This document shows positions 33,289 to 36,417 of a stretch of 36,417 nucleotides of DNA, in pieces; position 1 is the first letter of the stretch; every line of letters begins with the position of its first letter. Origin of the DNA: a virus (taxonomy: Duplodnaviria > Caudoviricetes); the IMG/VR virus record IMGVR_UViG_3300020045_003357, positions 1 to 36,417 of that record; one strand, written 5' to 3'. The translations under genes were made by a program, and so were the position numbers. The notes under the pieces were generated by a model. That model was not told where the DNA came from. It saw only the letters and a list, made by a program, of their open reading frames with translations, and did not search any database.

Positions 33289-33809
33289 CTCTTATAAAGC
33301 CATTCGCCAGTTGTGCCCATACCCTCAAATACACGGTAAGTCTTACCATCTGCTCCAATATAGGACTTTATACGTTGCGTTCCGCATAAAAAGTCATGCC
33401 GAGTAGGAGCAAGCGCCTTTATTGTTTTCTCTCTATTCTGCTCTGTAAATGCTATTGGGTACATTTCAATTATTAAATCAAGACAAGCTTTTGAATTTTC
33501 CCAGGAGAAATCAAGATACATGTCAGCATATTCTTGCACAGAAAGAATTGTTTGCGGCACAATAACTTCTACTTCAGGTGTAACTGGCACCTCAGTCTCT
33601 GTAGAAATATCATCTGTATCTATTACTGTAGCTTTTTGTGGCACATCTTGTTCAGGTACTGGCTGTTGCTCTACAACAGCTATAGCTGGCGATACTTCTG
33701 TATTTGCACCGTTACTGCTTTGAAAAATACTTGAGAGTAATACTCCAGCTCCAGCTAGCGCAATTATCGACGGTATGACTATGACTTTTCTCGTAATGGT
33801 TTTCTTCAT
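33285..33809 (-). CDS. Membrane-anchored extracytoplasmic protein (moron; possible superinfection exclusion)
   Basis: Only sizeable minus-strand gene; N-terminal basic + TM segment, acidic Pro/Val stalk, small domain with two Cys; has its own promoter. Confidence 0.7.
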   Translation of the reverse strand: MKKTITRKVIVIPSIIALAGAGVLLSSIFQSSNGANTEVSPAIAVVEQQPVPEQDVPQKATVIDTDDISTETEVPVTPEVEVIVPQTILSVQEYADMYLDFSWENSKACLDLIIEMYPIAFTEQNREKTIKALAPTRHDFLCGTQRIKSYIGADGKTYRVFEGMGTTGEWLYKS

Positions 33810-33816
33810 ACTATAA

Positions 33817-33845
33817 AATATAGCACACTGTTATGTAGAAGTCAA
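33817..33845 (-). promoter_or_regulatory. Promoter of the moron (leaderless)
   Basis: TTGACT, 17 nt, TGcTATATT; ATG 7 nt downstream; contains AACAGTGTGCTA like the early promoters. Confidence 0.75.
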
Positions 33846-33857
33846 TACCCCCATCTT

Positions 33858-33866
33858 TGCTATAAT
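33858..33866 (+). promoter_or_regulatory. Extended -10 promoter (leaderless) for the distal late/lysis genes
   Basis: TGcTATAAT with ATG 6 nt downstream. Confidence 0.7.
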
Positions 33867-33872
33867 AAGAGT

Positions 33873-34199
33873 ATGAAGATAATCGAACTAAATCGACCTG
33901 CTTTACATCAGGCGAAATCACTTAGGCAAGTAAACGTGACGCCATATGTACAGGGGCAAATGTACATGTCACCTAGCAGAATTGTTAGCAAAGCAACAGT
34001 TGAAAGCCCAGCATATAGAATAGTTAAACCGTATGAAGTCGATGGCACACCATTTGCGCTTAGTATGCTCATAACTAACAGCAATGTTGGCAAAGCTGAA
34101 AAGTGGCTCGATAAAATGGCAGAAACAGTAACTAAAAAACAACTAGACAACTCAAGGGCACAAGTCTTTGTCTATTTAGATGAAAGGTATAAACCGTAA
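33873..34199 (+). CDS. Hypothetical protein
   Basis: ORF track; TAATG coupling to the next gene. Confidence 0.65.
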   Translation: MKIIELNRPALHQAKSLRQVNVTPYVQGQMYMSPSRIVSKATVESPAYRIVKPYEVDGTPFALSMLITNSNVGKAEKWLDKMAETVTKKQLDNSRAQVFVYLDERYKP

Positions 34200-34732
34200 T
34201 GGCAACCGGATCAGGCAATCTTCCATATGACGGGCAAGCTGTTAGCCCATTTGACACGATAACAGCAGCATTTACAAACGAAACGATTGCGAATATTGAG
34301 GCCGTTGCATCTGGCACAGGACTCGGTGATGGCGCAGTGGAGACGGCGAAGATTAAAGACCTAAACGTCACTACAGCCAAACTAGCTGATGGGGCTGTAA
34401 CGCCAGACAAACTAGGTGATAGTGGGTGGCTAACAGCAACGATTGGGGCAAATTATACAGGTAGCGATGGGAGATACCGCAAAATCTGTACAACTGTTTA
34501 TCTAAAAGGACAGCTATTAAGGACAAGTGGTAATGTCACGGTGTCAGAAACACTTATGACGCTTCCCGTAGGCTATAGACCAACTCAGCAAATGATTTTC
34601 ATTGGCGCAGGTGTGGGAGCTTCTATTGCAAAAATCATTGTGAATACTGATGGAAGCGTAGTAGTAGGGGCTTCTCCGACGGTTGCTACAACGTATCTAT
34701 TTGTAGACTTAATATCATTCCAAGTGGACTAA
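34199..34732 (+). CDS. Short tail fibre / receptor-binding protein
   Basis: VTTAKLADGAVTPDKL repeats; DSGW..RYRK..VYLKG..TLPVGYRP head-domain pattern. Confidence 0.75.
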   Translation: MATGSGNLPYDGQAVSPFDTITAAFTNETIANIEAVASGTGLGDGAVETAKIKDLNVTTAKLADGAVTPDKLGDSGWLTATIGANYTGSDGRYRKICTTVYLKGQLLRTSGNVTVSETLMTLPVGYRPTQQMIFIGAGVGASIAKIIVNTDGSVVVGASPTVATTYLFVDLISFQVD

Positions 34733-34735
34733 CCC

Positions 34736-35122
34736 ATGACTAACCCTCAAATACAAAAAGAGAAGGAAGTTAGCTCAGTAATATCCTATAGAGTTGGCGA
34801 GCTTGAGAAAAAAGTCGAAGTATTGACGACGACTATTCAACATGGGCAAGACAAACTAGAGAAGAAACTGACCGACCTCATGCTGCACTTTGCTACTGTC
34901 GAGCAGCTGAGTGATGTAAAGGTAGCTGCCCACGAAGAACATGAGCGCATTTGGAAGAAGATAAACGATGTTGAAAAGAAAGTTGACACGATGCAAGTTG
35001 GTGTCAATGACATCGGCAAGAACAATGTGACCTTGAGCCTTGTACAGAAGATAGTGTTTGGCGCGGCAACTATAGCCCTCGTAGCGATTGCTACAAGCAT
35101 GATAAATAAAGCGATTATGTAA
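34736..35122 (+). CDS. Coiled-coil protein with C-terminal TM (holin/XhlA-like lysis accessory)
   Basis: Heptad pattern followed by IVFGAATIALVAIA; lies before the endolysin. Confidence 0.6.
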   Translation: MTNPQIQKEKEVSSVISYRVGELEKKVEVLTTTIQHGQDKLEKKLTDLMLHFATVEQLSDVKVAAHEEHERIWKKINDVEKKVDTMQVGVNDIGKNNVTLSLVQKIVFGAATIALVAIATSMINKAIM

Positions 35123-35131
35123 GGAGAAAGT

Positions 35132-35704
35132 ATGAGCTGGAAAGTATTACGTTCTGTCGATACAACAGTAGTTGGTCGAGCTGGTTGGTGTCTGGTGTAT
35201 GCTCGTAGCATGTTTCGGGTTGGGGCAAAGTACCCATCTGCACAGACCGCTTACGTTGCAACGAAGCACAAACACCCCGCATCTGAAAAGCTGCCGACTG
35301 TGCCTGTACCTGTGTGGTTCTCTTGGGGCGTTTTCGGACACGTTGCTGTTTGGGTACCGAACAAGGGCGTGTATAGCTCGCCTATCTCTGGAACTGGACG
35401 GCTGATTGCTAAGTCTCCGCAAGACCTTGTTGCTATTTATAAGCGGTATCGCTTCGGGCTGACGTACAAAGGCTGGAGCGAGGACATAAACGGCGTACGT
35501 GTTGCTCAGTATATTGCACCGCCAAAGCCAGTCGTGAAGCCTGTGACCACCTACACGGTCAAGTCAGGCGATAACCTTACCAAGATTGCGAAAGCTTACA
35601 AAACAACGATTGCAAAACTCGTCTCGCTGAACAAGGCGAAATACCCATCACTTGTCAAAAACCAAAACGCGATACAAATAGGCTGGAAACTAACGGTTAG
35701 ATAA
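35132..35704 (+). CDS. Endolysin: CHAP/NlpC-type peptidase + LysM
   Basis: GWCLVY (Cys), FGHVA (His); YTVKSGDNLTKIA..N..IQIGWKL LysM. Confidence 0.9.
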   Translation: MSWKVLRSVDTTVVGRAGWCLVYARSMFRVGAKYPSAQTAYVATKHKHPASEKLPTVPVPVWFSWGVFGHVAVWVPNKGVYSSPISGTGRLIAKSPQDLVAIYKRYRFGLTYKGWSEDINGVRVAQYIAPPKPVVKPVTTYTVKSGDNLTKIAKAYKTTIAKLVSLNKAKYPSLVKNQNAIQIGWKLTVR

Positions 35705-35716
35705 AAGGAGCTGGCA

Positions 35717-35902
35717 ATGAAAGTAAAACTATCATATAAAGTTCGCGCAGGGCTATACATATTCACCGGCTTAGGCTCTCCGGTTATGGGCTATCTATTG
35801 GCCGCTGGAATAATTGGGCAGCTTGAAATGGTTTTGTGGATGGCAGAAGTATCATTTGTTGCCGGATTGGCAGCTTTCAATGTAACGCCGGACGCAGAGT
35901 AA
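35717..35902 (+). CDS. Holin (two TM)
   Basis: VRAGLY..two hydrophobic helices..LAAFNV; follows the endolysin. Confidence 0.8.
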   Translation: MKVKLSYKVRAGLYIFTGLGSPVMGYLLAAGIIGQLEMVLWMAEVSFVAGLAAFNVTPDAE

Positions 35903-35906
35903 CTAT

Positions 35907-36305
35907 ATGAGGTTCAACCAGTACCCTACAGATAGCAGGGGGCTGGTTGTCCCCTCTAGCGAATTTTTTACACCCTATACTCATAGACCGAACAGAATAA
36001 ACAATCACCACATGTGGTTTACCGCTAGAACAATGTCACGCTTTCTTATCACCCAAACACTCAGAGACTTGGACGCATATCAGGAACAGATACCCGTAAC
36101 AACACACGACTGGGTACATAGTGAGTATGAGCCACCACGCATACCAGTTATGAGCGTCCTCATGGATAGACTCGATGAGGCACACGAAACAGGCGAGCAA
36201 CTCCGCAAAGGCTCAGCACATCACCCACTCTATGAGCCATTCACAGATGAGCGGTGGACATTTATAAATAAAGAGTACAGCCAACTAAGGGGGCAAGTCG
36301 CATGA
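35907..36305 (+). CDS. Hypothetical protein, possibly degenerate HNH-like
   Basis: NNHH..HDWVH histidine pattern. Confidence 0.5.
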   Translation: MRFNQYPTDSRGLVVPSSEFFTPYTHRPNRINNHHMWFTARTMSRFLITQTLRDLDAYQEQIPVTTHDWVHSEYEPPRIPVMSVLMDRLDEAHETGEQLRKGSAHHPLYEPFTDERWTFINKEYSQLRGQVA

Positions 36306-36417
36306 ATTATAACCAACAGCCTGGTGATAGAGTATTTAGGCTCAAGACAAACAGCAAAACCTTTAGCTGCCACAGGAATAACACCTATTTGTATGAGTTT
36401 ACACGGCAGTCTATTGG
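36302..36417 (+). CDS. 5' part of a hypothetical protein (runs off the window end)
   Basis: ATGA overlap with SD AAGGGGG; frame open to the end. Confidence 0.55.
   Translation, partial: MNYNQQPGDRVFRLKTNSKTFSCHRNNTYLYEFTRQSI

Noticed and set aside
34199-34732. Diversity-generating retroelement target
   Set aside because: No reverse transcriptase and no template/variable repeat pair seen
36302-36417. Exact circular junction with the ORF at 1-129
   Set aside because: Direct joining gives a frameshift and an early stop, and no terminal repeat is seen

Overview
The window looks like a near-complete ~36.4 kb siphovirus-type tailed phage genome, almost entirely on the + strand and in standard genetic code. 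The early arm (0.3-11 kb) carries an HNH endonuclease, a membrane-anchored Apf/transglycosylase-like gene, a Rad52/Sak + YqaJ recombination pair, a NinB-like protein, RusA, a second HNH, KGG-motif proteins, a pentapeptide-repeat protein, a dual-specificity phosphatase and many small ORFs. It is followed by a glycosyltransferase cluster, TerS/TerL, a portal-MuF fusion, a 4.5 kb insert of Thr/Ser-rich fibre-like genes, a ClpP-protease-capsid fusion, neck and tail genes, a short tape measure, tail-tip genes, one reverse-strand membrane 'moron', and a CHAP-LysM endolysin/holin lysis module. I recognise no integrase, repressor or replication protein. A monoderm host is inferred (CHAP-LysM, no spanins); Saccharibacteria/CPR is only a guess. 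The most unusual content is non-coding. (1) Two arrays of stem-bracketed structured RNAs (340-1225 and 7245-7555) each hold a tRNA-shaped RNA with no usable anticodon, and one loops out an entire HNH gene. (2) A ~770 bp control region (2345-3115) contains a predicted ~600 nt minus-strand RNA with an H-type pseudoknot and two short promoter-terminator antisense RNAs. (3) A strong candidate -1 frameshift (A AAA AAA + hairpin) would fuse a membrane anchor to a cell-wall-hydrolase-like domain. All structures were paired by eye; no folding program or database search was run.
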